Numbered from the stretch's first letter, positions 30,875 through 41,439 are shown. The stretch is DNA of 64,000 nucleotides from Candidatus Heimdallarchaeota archaeon (GCA_018238155.1 JABCTZ010000019.1:131774-195773), one strand, 5' to 3'. The notes: generated by a model from the letters alone, not told the origin. Program-made: numbers and translations.

Positions 30875-31969
30875 TTGACTGATAAAATTGCTTATTTGGA
30901 CTACAAAATATTAGAGAATTTTATGATCGATGTATTCAAAGGAATCGGCGTTCCTGAAGATGATGCGAAGATTTGTGCTGAAATATTAATTATTTCTGAC
31001 CTTCGAGGTATAACTTCTCATGGCGTTCAGAGGTTAAAAATGTATTATGATCGAGTAACAGCTGGCATTCAAAAACCTGTTACCGAAATAAAAATTCTGA
31101 GTGAAGCACCTTCAACAGCTTTAATTGATGGAGGACACGGAATGGGTCACGTTGCTGCATACAAAGCTATGGAGATTGCTATTAAGAAAGCTAAAGAAAC
31201 TGGTTCTGCAGCCGTAGCAGTTGGTAATTCAACTCACTATGGTATAGCAGGTTATTACCCATTAATGGCTATTAAAGAAGGGATGCTTGGCATGGCTGTA
31301 ACAAATGCAAGGCCATCTATTGCACCAACTTTTGGGATAGAACCAATGATGGGCACAAATCCATTAACATTCGGTTTACCAACAGACGAAGAATTTCCAT
31401 TTGTAATTGATTGTGCTACTTCAATAACCCAAAGAGGAAAAATAGAAGTTCTCTCAAGAACAGAAACACCCGCACCTGAAGGTTGGGTGATAAATGAAGA
31501 CGGAAGTTTAGCAACTGATACAGTAAAAATATTGAAAGATTTGAAAGAAGGAAAAGCTGCACTATTGCCTTTAGGAGGTGCTGGAGAAACTCTAGGGGGA
31601 CACAAAGGATACGGCTATGCTGCTCTTGTAGAAATACTTTCAGCAGCTTTTTCTGATGGACCATTTCTGAAAGATTTAACTCTTGAAAAAGGGTATAAAA
31701 TAGGTCATTTCTTTTTCGTGATTGATATCTCAAAAATCATTTCATTAGATGTTTTCAAGAAAATTGCAGGTGATATTTGTCGTTCATTAAGAAATTCCAA
31801 AAAAGCACCAGACCAAGAGCGCATTTATACTGCCGGTGAAAAAGAATTTGAGATCGAGAAGAAAATAAAGAAAACTGGTGTTCCACTCAATAAGAGCTTG
31901 CAAAATGATCTGCTTTTCATGCAAAAAGAATTAGGGTTGAAACTGTTGCCACTTTTTATGGACAAATAG
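30875..31969 (+). CDS. Ldh_2-family (malate/L-lactate/sulfolactate) dehydrogenase; C-terminus supplied by the inserted element
   Basis: DLRGITSHGV, STHYGIAGYY, GTNP, GHKGYG; the last ~9 codons and the stop derive from the left end of the element. Confidence 0.92.
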   Translation: MTDKIAYLDYKILENFMIDVFKGIGVPEDDAKICAEILIISDLRGITSHGVQRLKMYYDRVTAGIQKPVTEIKILSEAPSTALIDGGHGMGHVAAYKAMEIAIKKAKETGSAAVAVGNSTHYGIAGYYPLMAIKEGMLGMAVTNARPSIAPTFGIEPMMGTNPLTFGLPTDEEFPFVIDCATSITQRGKIEVLSRTETPAPEGWVINEDGSLATDTVKILKDLKEGKAALLPLGGAGETLGGHKGYGYAALVEILSAAFSDGPFLKDLTLEKGYKIGHFFFVIDISKIISLDVFKKIAGDICRSLRNSKKAPDQERIYTAGEKEFEIEKKIKKTGVPLNKSLQNDLLFMQKELGLKLLPLFMDK

Positions 31970-31974
31970 GACAT
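31953..31974 (+). repeat. Left terminal inverted repeat
   Basis: TTTTTATGGACAAATAGGACAT, the exact reverse complement of 43065-43086; imperfect extension to 31941. Confidence 0.9.
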
Positions 31975-31993
31975 ATAAATAATGTGAAAATTT

Positions 31994-34900
31994 TCACTTG
32001 AAGCTATCAAATGAGACGATTTTTGGAAAGTCTAAAGAATTAGGGTCAAGAACTATGAAGCATCGTTGGTGGTAAGGATCGCCCTTTTTTGTCCAGTGAC
32101 CAGAACCATAAACTCGAAAGCGTTCATTATAAAATCGGAGATGAACATGTCCAACAACAAGATGTGTTTCTTCAGTGATATCAGGCAACCAAATCTTGTC
32201 AAATTTTATTAAATTCTTTTTTGCTTCAAAGACCGCTTTTCCAATATTTGTTTTATTTACTAGTGCAGGATTTATACCGATTCTATTTCCATGAACGAAT
32301 AATACTTGCTCCGAACCGATCTCAACTTCAACATAGTCTTGGTGGAGGAAACCTGTGAATTGCTCAAGATTACCGTCATGAATAGAAGAACTGCGTATTA
32401 GAACTAGTTTCGACCAAAAACCTTCTTTTAGAGCTAATGCTTTAAATTCAGCAAAAACAAGATGACTTTCTTCAGAAATAGTATCTAACAAATCACCGTT
32501 AATAATGATAATATCTGCTTGCTTACTCTGTTGTTTAATAACTTCAAAAAATTCTTCTTGATAACATAGCTTGTTTGTAAGGTGAATATCTGAAAAAGCA
32601 ATAATTCGGTTTTCACGGAAATTCATTTGCTCAGAAGGAAATTCATCAAGAAGATCATCATCAGATTCTACAAACGAGATCTTTGTCAAATCCTTAAATA
32701 GAATTTTGAGAGAATCTTTCACTCCTTTAGGAAGCAAACCGAGAATCTCCCCGTAGCAATTCTTACAACCATCTTCACAAGAACAATCAGTTAATCTTTT
32801 GAGCGTTTGAGTAGCGACTTTTTGTAAATGACTGAACAAATACTCAGAATTGCCATTTGGATCTCCTTTATCATAAACTGTTAATTGATTAGTATTAATT
32901 GCAAGTGCGAATTCATTACCAGGGATAGAAAGAACGGTTTCAATCTCAACTTGTAGGACCCGCCCAAAATATTCCAATAATTTCTTAGTTGTAAGTTCTT
33001 TTGGTTTTGGAAAGTCCGATTTTAATGTAATAACTAATCCATCTGATTTTTCAGTAATAGCCAATTCATCCGATCGTTTTTGGGTTAATTCTTGCCAGAA
33101 AAAGTTCTTGTTAACCTTTTCTTCTGTATTCTTAAAAATAATTTTTTCAGGATTAGTGTTAACAATGGCTGAAGGTTGTTGTTTAATTGAAACCTGTCCA
33201 AAACTTATATCAACTATTTTTGTTCCTTTCACTTTCTTAGCGAAAACACCTAAAGTAATCTGAGGATCAAGTAAACGATTAGTTATTCCATAAGAATTTC
33301 TAGCACTTTTTTCTTTTGAGAGTAATTTTTTAACATAGATAATTCTTAATTGCTCATCAAAATCCAATACAAGATATTGTTCTTTGTTACGAGTGATGGT
33401 GTTTCCAGGCAAGCCTTTCTTTAAAACATCTCGAGAAGAAATCTTGCCAAGACTAAATGTTTTATTTTCAAACCAATCAGAACTTGGTCCCAGCTCTTTC
33501 TTAATAGACCAATTATTACTAATAGCTCGAATGGAAAAGGGAATAAGATGATTCTTCTTTTTTGCTTGCACTTTTAGCTTATTTTCTCCTTGACTTGTGA
33601 AGAGAAGTTTCCCATCATTACCTTTTTTTAGTACCATTAAACTGACAAGCTTGGTATATTGTAATCTAGCTAATCGATAAACTTGTGTTCCTTGTTCAAG
33701 GAAGAACTGCATTATCTCTCCAAAATCATTAATACCGTATCTAAGATGCAGTATGATTTGCCCTGCCAATATCTTCGGGTTAAGCTTGGGGTAAAGGATA
33801 GGATTACAAGTATTCGATTCAAGAATATCTTTGAGTATTTCCTAATTGTTCCAGTAAAAACTATCGCGTTTCTTGGAAAGATCGAACAGAAAAACATTCG
33901 TTCTTCTTTCCCCAGGAACAGAGCGATTACGACCAAAGCGTTGAATTATTCCATCTTTTTGTGTTATTGGAATACCAATATTAAACACAGTTTGGATGTT
34001 AGGGATGTTTACACCAAGCTCTAAGACAGAAGAAGAGAGTAGAATTCTAATAATATTCCTACTTCCTTTTTTAATCTCATCTAGAACTTTTTTACGGTGA
34101 TCATACGGTAAATCTGCATGGATCATCTCAATAGTATCAGGATCAAAGAAAGGGTCATCTTGTTTGAGCTTTTGACACAAACAGTTTGTTAATAATTCTA
34201 TATCTTCTTTCGAATCAAGGAAAACAAGGCAAACTTTTCCAGGCATTTTCTCTAACTCCTTCCAATATTCTGCAAGTAAAGAAACTGTATGCTCAACAGT
34301 CGTTCCAATATACACTTGCTCTCCTCTTACAGGTGGACAAGTAATTATTTTTGCTGCAGGTAAAAAGTCATTTCTGAATTTCTCTACATCTGCTATAGTA
34401 GCAGATGAAAGAACAAATAGGCTCTGAGGGCTCAATTTCTTATGTATATAAATAAAACCCTTAATATTTCCTGCAGCGTAACCGTCAAAAGCATGTATCT
34501 CATCAAAAACAAGATAATTAGCAGTCTTTATTTTTTTTATCAAAGGACTATTGTTACCATTCTTAAAATGATACCAAAATTTGTCAAAAGTTGCAAGCAA
34601 AATATTTGGTGGTTCTTGTTCTGTGTCATCCAATTCTTGATCCTTTACTTTAGTTACCCCTTTAGAGGAATTGGTGCTTCCAGTATCTCCACTGTACATT
34701 TTGCAAGTTAATTTTATACCTGTTTTTTCCTCAAATTTTATGAGGTACTCTTTCACTCTTTCAACTTGATCTAGAAGCAATTGTTTTGAAGGGTAAAAAA
34801 TGACCATAAAATCCGTTTCCTCATTTAGTTGTTTGATAATTCCAGGAACGATGAATGAAAGCGATTTCCCGGAATATGTTCCACCATTAATAATAAGGTC

Positions 34901-35173
34901 TGGACATTTCTTATTAGCTGAATTATTCAATAAATGCTTTATTGCTTGTTCTTGATGCTTGTAAGGATTAGTGCTACCGGTTATTTCTTCGATCACTTCT
35001 GCTAATGCTTGAACATTACCAGGTAAGAGTTCTTGCCAAGTGAGATCAGTTACTTTCCTTGGTTGTGTTGCTGGAAGATTATGAATAGACTTCCATTTTC
35101 GAGGTTTACTAGGTTTAATCGGGAAGATCTCTTTCCTATTAAAATTGTATTTGCTTTTTACCATGAATGTCAC
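31994..35173 (-). pseudogene. SF2 DEAD/DEAH helicase (MrfA/Hrq1/DUF1998-like) fused to a calcineurin-like metallophosphoesterase, interrupted by one in-frame TAG at 33842-33844
   Basis: ORFs 33842-35173 and 31994-33769 are in the same frame: FYWNN*EILKDILESNTCNPILYPKLNPKILAGQIILHL. Helicase motifs GTYSGKS, DEIH, SAT, ELGVNI, QRFGR; CSCEDGCKNC; phosphoesterase motifs SDIH, NGDLLD, HGN, GHVH. Confidence 0.85.
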
Positions 35174-38100
35174 CTATCATTTTGAAATATTTTCTACTAG
35201 TTGCAGCTTTTTCTTCAACCCAATCAATTACTCTTCGAATAATAGTTGTTGGTTCCCAATTTAACCAATAATTGTTGTGAAAATTTTTTTGAAAACTATC
35301 AAAAAACATTCTGAATTGAGAAATAATACTTGATACTTTATCTAAGTGAGGAGGTATATCAATTATCAATTCTCTTGTAAAAATTTCATCTCTTGTTAGA
35401 GTAACTCCTAGAGCAAACCGAAGCTCCTTTACGTTTTGGTTTTCAAGATTTAATTGATAAAGATTTTTCTTGTCTTTTTTATCTCGGAGAAGTAGACTTC
35501 TAGAAACCATTTGGTCAAGTATTCTCTGTATTTGGTTTTGTGTTAGACCGAGCAATTCCCCTAGATTACAAGTTGAGTATTCAACAATTGTGAAGTCTAT
35601 TTCATGAGCATTGTACAATAACAATAAAATAACAATCAAACTCCTATCTTGCTCTTTAATTTGATGTTTGGTCAATCGAAAAACATTAGACTGTTCGATT
35701 ACTTCTTTCTTGTACCAATGATTCATTGTTTCTGCTCTATAGTTTTCTCTTGCTCTTTTTCGCTCCAAAACTTCTTGTTCTATTCCCTCAAAAATTACTC
35801 CTCCTTCACTTGCAAAATGATTTAGCGCTAATAACTTCTCTTCGAGTTCAGCTGGGCAGAAAGTAAACGGAATGAAATGGGATTCATCAAAACACTTTTT
35901 GATCTTTTTCAAAGTTATCTGCTTATGCATATCTATCTCTGATAGACATTTTTCAAAAGCAACCCTCAAGCACAGAAGATTGAATTCAAATGCTCGCTGA
36001 AATGTCATTATTTGTCCATTATGCGAAACAGATTGTTCAAGAGCTTCTGAAACCAAATTGGTGAATTTGTCCAAGGAAGAACCTTTCACTTGATAGATCT
36101 CTTGTCCATCCTCACCTAGTACGTATTTACAATCGTTGAATCCGAGGGTACCATCTCTAATAGCTTTTACCATTGTTACTAGCACAAGTACACGAACAGC
36201 TTCTATTAGGTCAAAGTAGAAACCTAGCTTATCAATATCTGACTTTGTTTTTCTTCTGTGAAACAAACCAGGACCTAAAAGAGCGGGGTCCATGCCCATC
36301 TTATGAAACAGCTGATCTACTTCTGCTCTAAATGAACGTAGCATTTGATTAAGAAGAGCATCTAAAGGTGAAAAGGCACTGCTAACCTTATTGCTGAAGG
36401 ATAGAAACATATCTATCACTAATCGACTATTTACTCGCCCTTTTGTCCAGAGACCTACTCTCGCAGCTTCTGCCTTCAACAAATCAAAAAAGTGTTTGTT
36501 GCTTAGTGCTTCTAATTGAGTGCCATAATAACTTGACTTAACTTCTCCACCAATTACTTTCATGTGCAAATCAACCATTCCTAATAATTGATGATTGTAG
36601 GACCAGTCAGAGAAACTTTTCAATTCTATTTCATACTTTATCGATAACAAACCAGCAATATTTGAGAGATGCCTTGCTACCAAAAATTGATGGTTGAATA
36701 TTTCATAATCTGAGCTTTTTTTGATTATTTTTTCAATATAGAAATAGTCTTCAGCTGAAAAGGTTTTTTTATATCGACTTTTTGCTTTTTTCTTCTTTGA
36801 TTTTTGTTCTGTTCGTACAATTTCGTATTTGTACTTTTCTGGTTCAAAGTCAGCTAGTAATCTCAGTGTTCCCTCTAATTCTTGGTGTCGTATGCCTGAA
36901 AAATAAACAAACTGCACTTTATCCAGAGCAATTTCATATTTACCAATCACTAGATAATAAGGTGGTTCATCACTCGCTTCGTTAATTTTTATTCTTGAAC
37001 TCTCTACGTCATGTATGACATAAACGTAAGACGGATCTTTTTTCTTCAAAACATCAGGAACAGTTGCAGTTTCTTTATAGTAAAGGCTTCTTTGATGGTG
37101 CCTTTGCTCCATTTTCACTCTAACTTTTTTCTTATCTTTTAATAGGAGATAGATTGTCGAACAATTAGTACAGATAACTCTTCGTCTTGGAAAGAAAATT
37201 CTATCGAGTGTGCCAAATTCCTTTATTTGTTCTTGGCAAGAGAGACAATGATATTCATACTCTGAAACATTTCCTGATAAGAAACTTATTGGTATATCCT
37301 TCATGTCTTGAGTTAGCTCGTCAGCAGTAGTAGTGTATCTAACATTATCTCCATCTGATTCATAATCTTCTTTTTCTTTGTATTTCCCACAAGCAGTCAA
37401 TTCAAATCTAATTGTTCCATTTGCATATTCTATATCGTCACTATCTAATGTACTAGGGTTTTTTGCTTGTTGTAAGCGCAAGAAAGTGCATGTTTTGAAG
37501 CGTTTATTGTACCATTGACAGTTCCCGCAATTCTTTTGGAGGTGAGGGTTCGCATCCAGTAATTCTTGAGTAAGATACTTTAATTTTGATTCTCCTCTAT
37601 TAGTGTAAGTAATGATGCGAACAAGACGTCCTTCTTCTACTAATCCTTCCAATACTTTCTTGGCTTCTTGCCAGAACATGTGATAATAATCACCTGTGAA
37701 TTTCACAGTTAAGGTTTCTCGATTGGCTCTTCGAAGAATCCATTCTATTCTTCTTTCTTCAATGGTGCATTTCTCTTCTTTATTATAATTCTTGAATTGT
37801 TGATAGAAAATGTATGCTTCAGTATTCATTAATTTTTCAAAAGCACCAAGGACTTTTTTAGCTGAAATTCTTTTGTAATTTTTAATTATTGGATTGAATT
37901 TCCTTTCAATGATCTCGATCATTTGATCATTCTTTTTTTCAGTATCTAACTTTTCAGGTATTGCCTCCTCAAATCTTTTAACTGTTTGATAACTACTGCC
38001 TATCAGTTGAAGATAAAAAATGATTATCTCATTCACGGAAAATTTGTGACTTTCTTTTTTGTTTTTGTAAAGAATCCTTGAAAAATGAGCTAAAAGTTCA

Positions 38101-39317
38101 CTAAAATTACCCTCGACACCACCAAACCATGATGACACACTAAAAATTGCTTCCCCTAGAGTACTAAGTTTGAATCTTCCTTTTTCCTTGGTGACTACCG
38201 GAAGAAATCTTGCTGATTCTTTTGGTTTGTCCCAGGAATACGTTCGAGATAGATCTTGTTTACTGAGGTCAACATTAAAATCAAAACCTCTATAAGTTAT
38301 TTCTCCTGTTATCGTTTTAGTGTTTTGTCCTTTTGTGAATGAATGAATGTGTTTTACTATTCCACCGAAAACTTTCTGATCAAGCCTATTCTTTTCTTTA
38401 AGAAGTTCATCTGAAGGTAATTCTTCTTCTGAGGAAGGAAAAACTCCATTACTGTAGAGGTACAGTTTATAAGTAAAAGTTGTTTTGAACTCTTTAACCA
38501 GTTCTTTTATCAGTTTTCTTCCCCTAAAAAGCTCTGTGAAAATAAATAATTGGAATTGATCTTTATATAGGTGAGGAATAGCTTCTCTGAAAGGATTATT
38601 GTATTCTAATCTTATTCTTTCATCGCATCGAAAGAAAAAACTACTATCAGCTTTAAAGAAGAATTGGTAATCTTTCCTTGATAGTATTGGGAACTGTGCT
38701 TCATCAAGAATGAAGGAATAATTCGGTCTAATGCGCTTATGCCTATGAACACAGCCAAAAATAACATCTAATTTGCCTACATCCTCGTTGATATGTTTTC
38801 GTCTTAATGGATTGATCAAGATAATTTGTACTGAAGAAGGATCATTCTTGTTTGTTGTTAAACCCCAGAAAGTGTTATATGTTGTCAAAATAAAATCTGC
38901 TTCATTAGGATAGTCTGCTTTGATTTCTTTGTCAACTTTTTTTCTTTGGGTTTCATTCGAAACATATAGTCTAAAGCAAGAATTGAGTTTATTAAACTGT
39001 TCAATAAACATTGAAGTTTCAAATCGGTTGTTGGTAACAATAATTACAGGTAATCGCGTGTAATTCTTCATTGCTAGTGCTCTTCGAACACCAAAGGAAA
39101 TGACAAAATGATTAGGTTCGAAGTCATTTGGTTTACTTTTATTACCACAAACAAGGACAAAATTTTTCGTTTCAGTGAGAAAAGCTGTTCTATCCTGGAA
39201 AGAAAAATTGTCTAGAAGGTCTTTATCGATTATTCTTTCCCTTCCTTCTAATACTTCTGTCACACCCATAGAAAGGCAAAGAGGAATTTTTTTTGTGGAA
39301 GAAATAGCTTTACTCAT
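35139..39317 (-). CDS. Multidomain Cas1-like integrase: degenerate SF2-helicase-like N-terminus, Zn-binding motifs, Cas1 catalytic domain, C-terminal wHTH
   Basis: QLEALSNKHFF (E936), SPLDALLNQML, GMDPALLGPGLFH (H1020), LGFYFDLIEAVR (D1036/E1039) follow the Cas1 pattern E..yF / P.nalLN / GlDP..G.lH / l..DliE.fR. Confidence 0.8.
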   Translation of the reverse strand: MSKAISSTKKIPLCLSMGVTEVLEGRERIIDKDLLDNFSFQDRTAFLTETKNFVLVCGNKSKPNDFEPNHFVISFGVRRALAMKNYTRLPVIIVTNNRFETSMFIEQFNKLNSCFRLYVSNETQRKKVDKEIKADYPNEADFILTTYNTFWGLTTNKNDPSSVQIILINPLRRKHINEDVGKLDVIFGCVHRHKRIRPNYSFILDEAQFPILSRKDYQFFFKADSSFFFRCDERIRLEYNNPFREAIPHLYKDQFQLFIFTELFRGRKLIKELVKEFKTTFTYKLYLYSNGVFPSSEEELPSDELLKEKNRLDQKVFGGIVKHIHSFTKGQNTKTITGEITYRGFDFNVDLSKQDLSRTYSWDKPKESARFLPVVTKEKGRFKLSTLGEAIFSVSSWFGGVEGNFSELLAHFSRILYKNKKESHKFSVNEIIIFYLQLIGSSYQTVKRFEEAIPEKLDTEKKNDQMIEIIERKFNPIIKNYKRISAKKVLGAFEKLMNTEAYIFYQQFKNYNKEEKCTIEERRIEWILRRANRETLTVKFTGDYYHMFWQEAKKVLEGLVEEGRLVRIITYTNRGESKLKYLTQELLDANPHLQKNCGNCQWYNKRFKTCTFLRLQQAKNPSTLDSDDIEYANGTIRFELTACGKYKEKEDYESDGDNVRYTTTADELTQDMKDIPISFLSGNVSEYEYHCLSCQEQIKEFGTLDRIFFPRRRVICTNCSTIYLLLKDKKKVRVKMEQRHHQRSLYYKETATVPDVLKKKDPSYVYVIHDVESSRIKINEASDEPPYYLVIGKYEIALDKVQFVYFSGIRHQELEGTLRLLADFEPEKYKYEIVRTEQKSKKKKAKSRYKKTFSAEDYFYIEKIIKKSSDYEIFNHQFLVARHLSNIAGLLSIKYEIELKSFSDWSYNHQLLGMVDLHMKVIGGEVKSSYYGTQLEALSNKHFFDLLKAEAARVGLWTKGRVNSRLVIDMFLSFSNKVSSAFSPLDALLNQMLRSFRAEVDQLFHKMGMDPALLGPGLFHRRKTKSDIDKLGFYFDLIEAVRVLVLVTMVKAIRDGTLGFNDCKYVLGEDGQEIYQVKGSSLDKFTNLVSEALEQSVSHNGQIMTFQRAFEFNLLCLRVAFEKCLSEIDMHKQITLKKIKKCFDESHFIPFTFCPAELEEKLLALNHFASEGGVIFEGIEQEVLERKRARENYRAETMNHWYKKEVIEQSNVFRLTKHQIKEQDRSLIVILLLLYNAHEIDFTIVEYSTCNLGELLGLTQNQIQRILDQMVSRSLLLRDKKDKKNLYQLNLENQNVKELRFALGVTLTRDEIFTRELIIDIPPHLDKVSSIISQFRMFFDSFQKNFHNNYWLNWEPTTIIRRVIDWVEEKAATSRKYFKMIGDIHGKKQIQF

Positions 39318-39542
39318 AAAAGAACCTCATTTTAACACTTTTTTTCTGTCTTATTACCCCAATTTCGATCAAATTGTCCCTTATTTAATGTTATACTGGC
39401 AAATTTACTTTAAAAAGGACTAAAAAACCGACAAAAATAGTTCCTTTATAAACGTCAAAAAAAATGACCTTCCTTTCTGATTTATAAGACCTTAAAATAG
39501 ACGTTTTTTGTATTAAAAAATACTAGTTTCTCAATAGAATTT

Positions 39543-39627
39543 CGCACGAGTGCGCCCGAAGGGCTGACCATTGTAAATGGGCAGATAGCACTATGCGGGT
39601 CGGCTCCGAGCCAGAACATTGAGTGTT
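39543..39627. other. GC-rich run of six tandem mini-hairpins (putative structured RNA or DNA site)
   Basis: CGCACGAGTGCG, GCCCGAAGGGC (cUUCGg on the - strand), CTGACCATTGTAAATGGGCAG, GCACTATGC, GGCTCCGAGCC, AACATTGAGTGTT. Confidence 0.55.
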
Positions 39628-39637
39628 TTGTCAATCT

Positions 39638-41176
39638 TCAACAGATATCCTTACAAATACAAAATTCTTTGACAAAGGTCAAAAGTACAGCATTATAGAG
39701 CATTCTTTTATTTGGTTTATCAATTGAAAAGTAATTACAGAATTTTTGTTTATATTCTTCCAAAGGTTCTTGTGGTTTCCCAATAAAAAGAATATAATTT
39801 AGTTCTTTTAGCTGAATTCCTTTTAGTAAATTTAAAAGATTGGAATTTGCTTTTGTTTTTAAAACACACTTTGACCTACTTGCTTGTATGGATATCTTTG
39901 GATTTTCTTTGTAAAATTTTAAAAGCGAGTAATTTGATAAAGTAAAAATCTGTGAAAGAATTGAAATTGGTATAGCTGTTGTATTACGTTCATATTCTGA
40001 TACCATGCCTTGGTGAATTGGTAGTTGTTCTGCAAATTCTTTCTGAGTTAAGCTACCGCGTAATTTTTTTAGTAGATTCCCTGTATTCCCTATACAGAAA
40101 TTTGGACATCTAGTATAATCAAAATAACCTTCAATCAGCTTTTCCTTTTGATAGTCGATTACTTGCCCACTCCAAGTACCACTTTTTAGTAAAGTCTGAG
40201 GTTTCGGTGAAAAACGATTAACTCTTCTTGTTAGTAACTGTTCTAGTTCGAGTTGTTTTTGCGGATGCTTTGAACCAACTAATACAGCAAACTGTTTTCG
40301 ATAATTACCAGCAATATTTGCTGCATACGTCTCTACTCCAAATAGAAAATTGGTATACAATCTATACTCAATTCCATTTAATTTCAGAAAATTGATAAAA
40401 TCATTAAACAATCCTTGAGAAACAGTGCAGAAATTTATTGTATCTTTATAACTTCCATCGGCATCCATAATACCGGACCAAAATAGCCTGCGGAAAGTGT
40501 CATTGGTCTGGAAGATAAGTGGTTCTCGTAAAGCAGGATACTTTCGAGCAGCAATAGGTTGTGAAGAAAGGAAATTAAAGAACCTGACAAGCCATTTCCC
40601 TAGGATGTTCACATTCCAAGCATTAGCATTTGATTGTTTGAAAAACTCAGTTTTGGACTTGAAAAGTTCTGATAACTGCTGAGTTAAATTTTCAATATGC
40701 TCTTTTGAAGCATCAATGATATTGATAAAGAACTCAGCGAGATGCCCATCTCCCATAATCACCCCTGTAAGGTATGCTAGTTCTTCGGATAAATAAAGTG
40801 GTAATTGAAAGCCCTCTCCACGAGCAGATTGGAACGAAATACTTTGTCTTCTAAGAAAAAACTCTTGCCAAGTTTCCGCTAACCGGAATAAAGGGAAAGG
40901 CAATCGTTTTTGCTCTTCTAAATACTTAATTATTCTTTTCTGCCAGGAGCGAATGGAAAAATCAGCTTTGGTCCCCCGGAAATAATGATGAGTTTTTTCT
41001 GCTAAGAAGAGTGTCTTCTTTCGAATCTTCTCTATCCAAGTTTCTTCTAACACAACATATGGGAATGATTGCAGTAACCGCTCTCCTGTAACGAAATCAA
41101 TTTTGCGAACCATAATAGAATAAAGTTGGAATTGATTCTCCGGAGTGAAGATCTTCTCTGACTGGTCGCTCTCCAA
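39638..41176 (-). CDS. Double-motif LAGLIDADG (DOD-type) endonuclease-like protein with an XRE-type HTH
   Basis: ELAYLTGVIMGDGH and FWSGIMDADGS; LKKLRGSLTQKEFAEQLPIHQGMVSEYERN; the frame stays open upstream to 41287. Confidence 0.85.
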   Translation of the reverse strand: MESDQSEKIFTPENQFQLYSIMVRKIDFVTGERLLQSFPYVVLEETWIEKIRKKTLFLAEKTHHYFRGTKADFSIRSWQKRIIKYLEEQKRLPFPLFRLAETWQEFFLRRQSISFQSARGEGFQLPLYLSEELAYLTGVIMGDGHLAEFFINIIDASKEHIENLTQQLSELFKSKTEFFKQSNANAWNVNILGKWLVRFFNFLSSQPIAARKYPALREPLIFQTNDTFRRLFWSGIMDADGSYKDTINFCTVSQGLFNDFINFLKLNGIEYRLYTNFLFGVETYAANIAGNYRKQFAVLVGSKHPQKQLELEQLLTRRVNRFSPKPQTLLKSGTWSGQVIDYQKEKLIEGYFDYTRCPNFCIGNTGNLLKKLRGSLTQKEFAEQLPIHQGMVSEYERNTTAIPISILSQIFTLSNYSLLKFYKENPKISIQASRSKCVLKTKANSNLLNLLKGIQLKELNYILFIGKPQEPLEEYKQKFCNYFSIDKPNKRMLYNAVLLTFVKEFCICKDIC

Positions 41177-41439
41177 AAGGTCATTTGCTGTGAGCCATTT
41201 ATTCCGCTCCGTTGGTTCAGCATCCCCTAGCAGTGGATCATCTGACCAGTGGAGATGGGTCGTAATTGTTCTATTCCTCCTAACTGATTATTGTTTTTTT
41301 GCTTCTTAAATACCCCTTTGATTAGCTGTTCGAAAGTCGAATTGATTAAACAATTGTTAAAACAAACGATTAATACTTTCAGTAATCTCTTTGGAAAACA
41401 GCTATATATCTAGCTAAATATACTTTTTGTTGAAGAAAA

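Noticed and set aside
31984-31997. Perfect 14-bp palindrome GTGAAAATTTTCAC just inside the left TIR
   Set aside because: AT-rich and overlapping the helicase stop; there is no matching copy at the other end, so no function can be supported
33842-33844. Programmed pyrrolysine readthrough of the in-frame TAG
   Set aside because: TAG terminates several ordinary genes here and no pyl genes are in the window; a nonsense mutation or sequencing error is more parsimonious
39340-39445. TIR-like words (TGTCTTATT, TGTCCCTTATTT, GACAAAAATAG) upstream of the Cas1 gene as autoregulatory sites
   Set aside because: The matches are short and gapped in AT-rich DNA and could be chance
39550-39640. Group II intron 5' end (GTGCGCCCG) or group I intron hosting the LAGLIDADG ORF
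   Set aside because: No domain V/VI, reverse transcriptase, recognisable group I core or interrupted host gene; the GTGCG is part of a local palindrome
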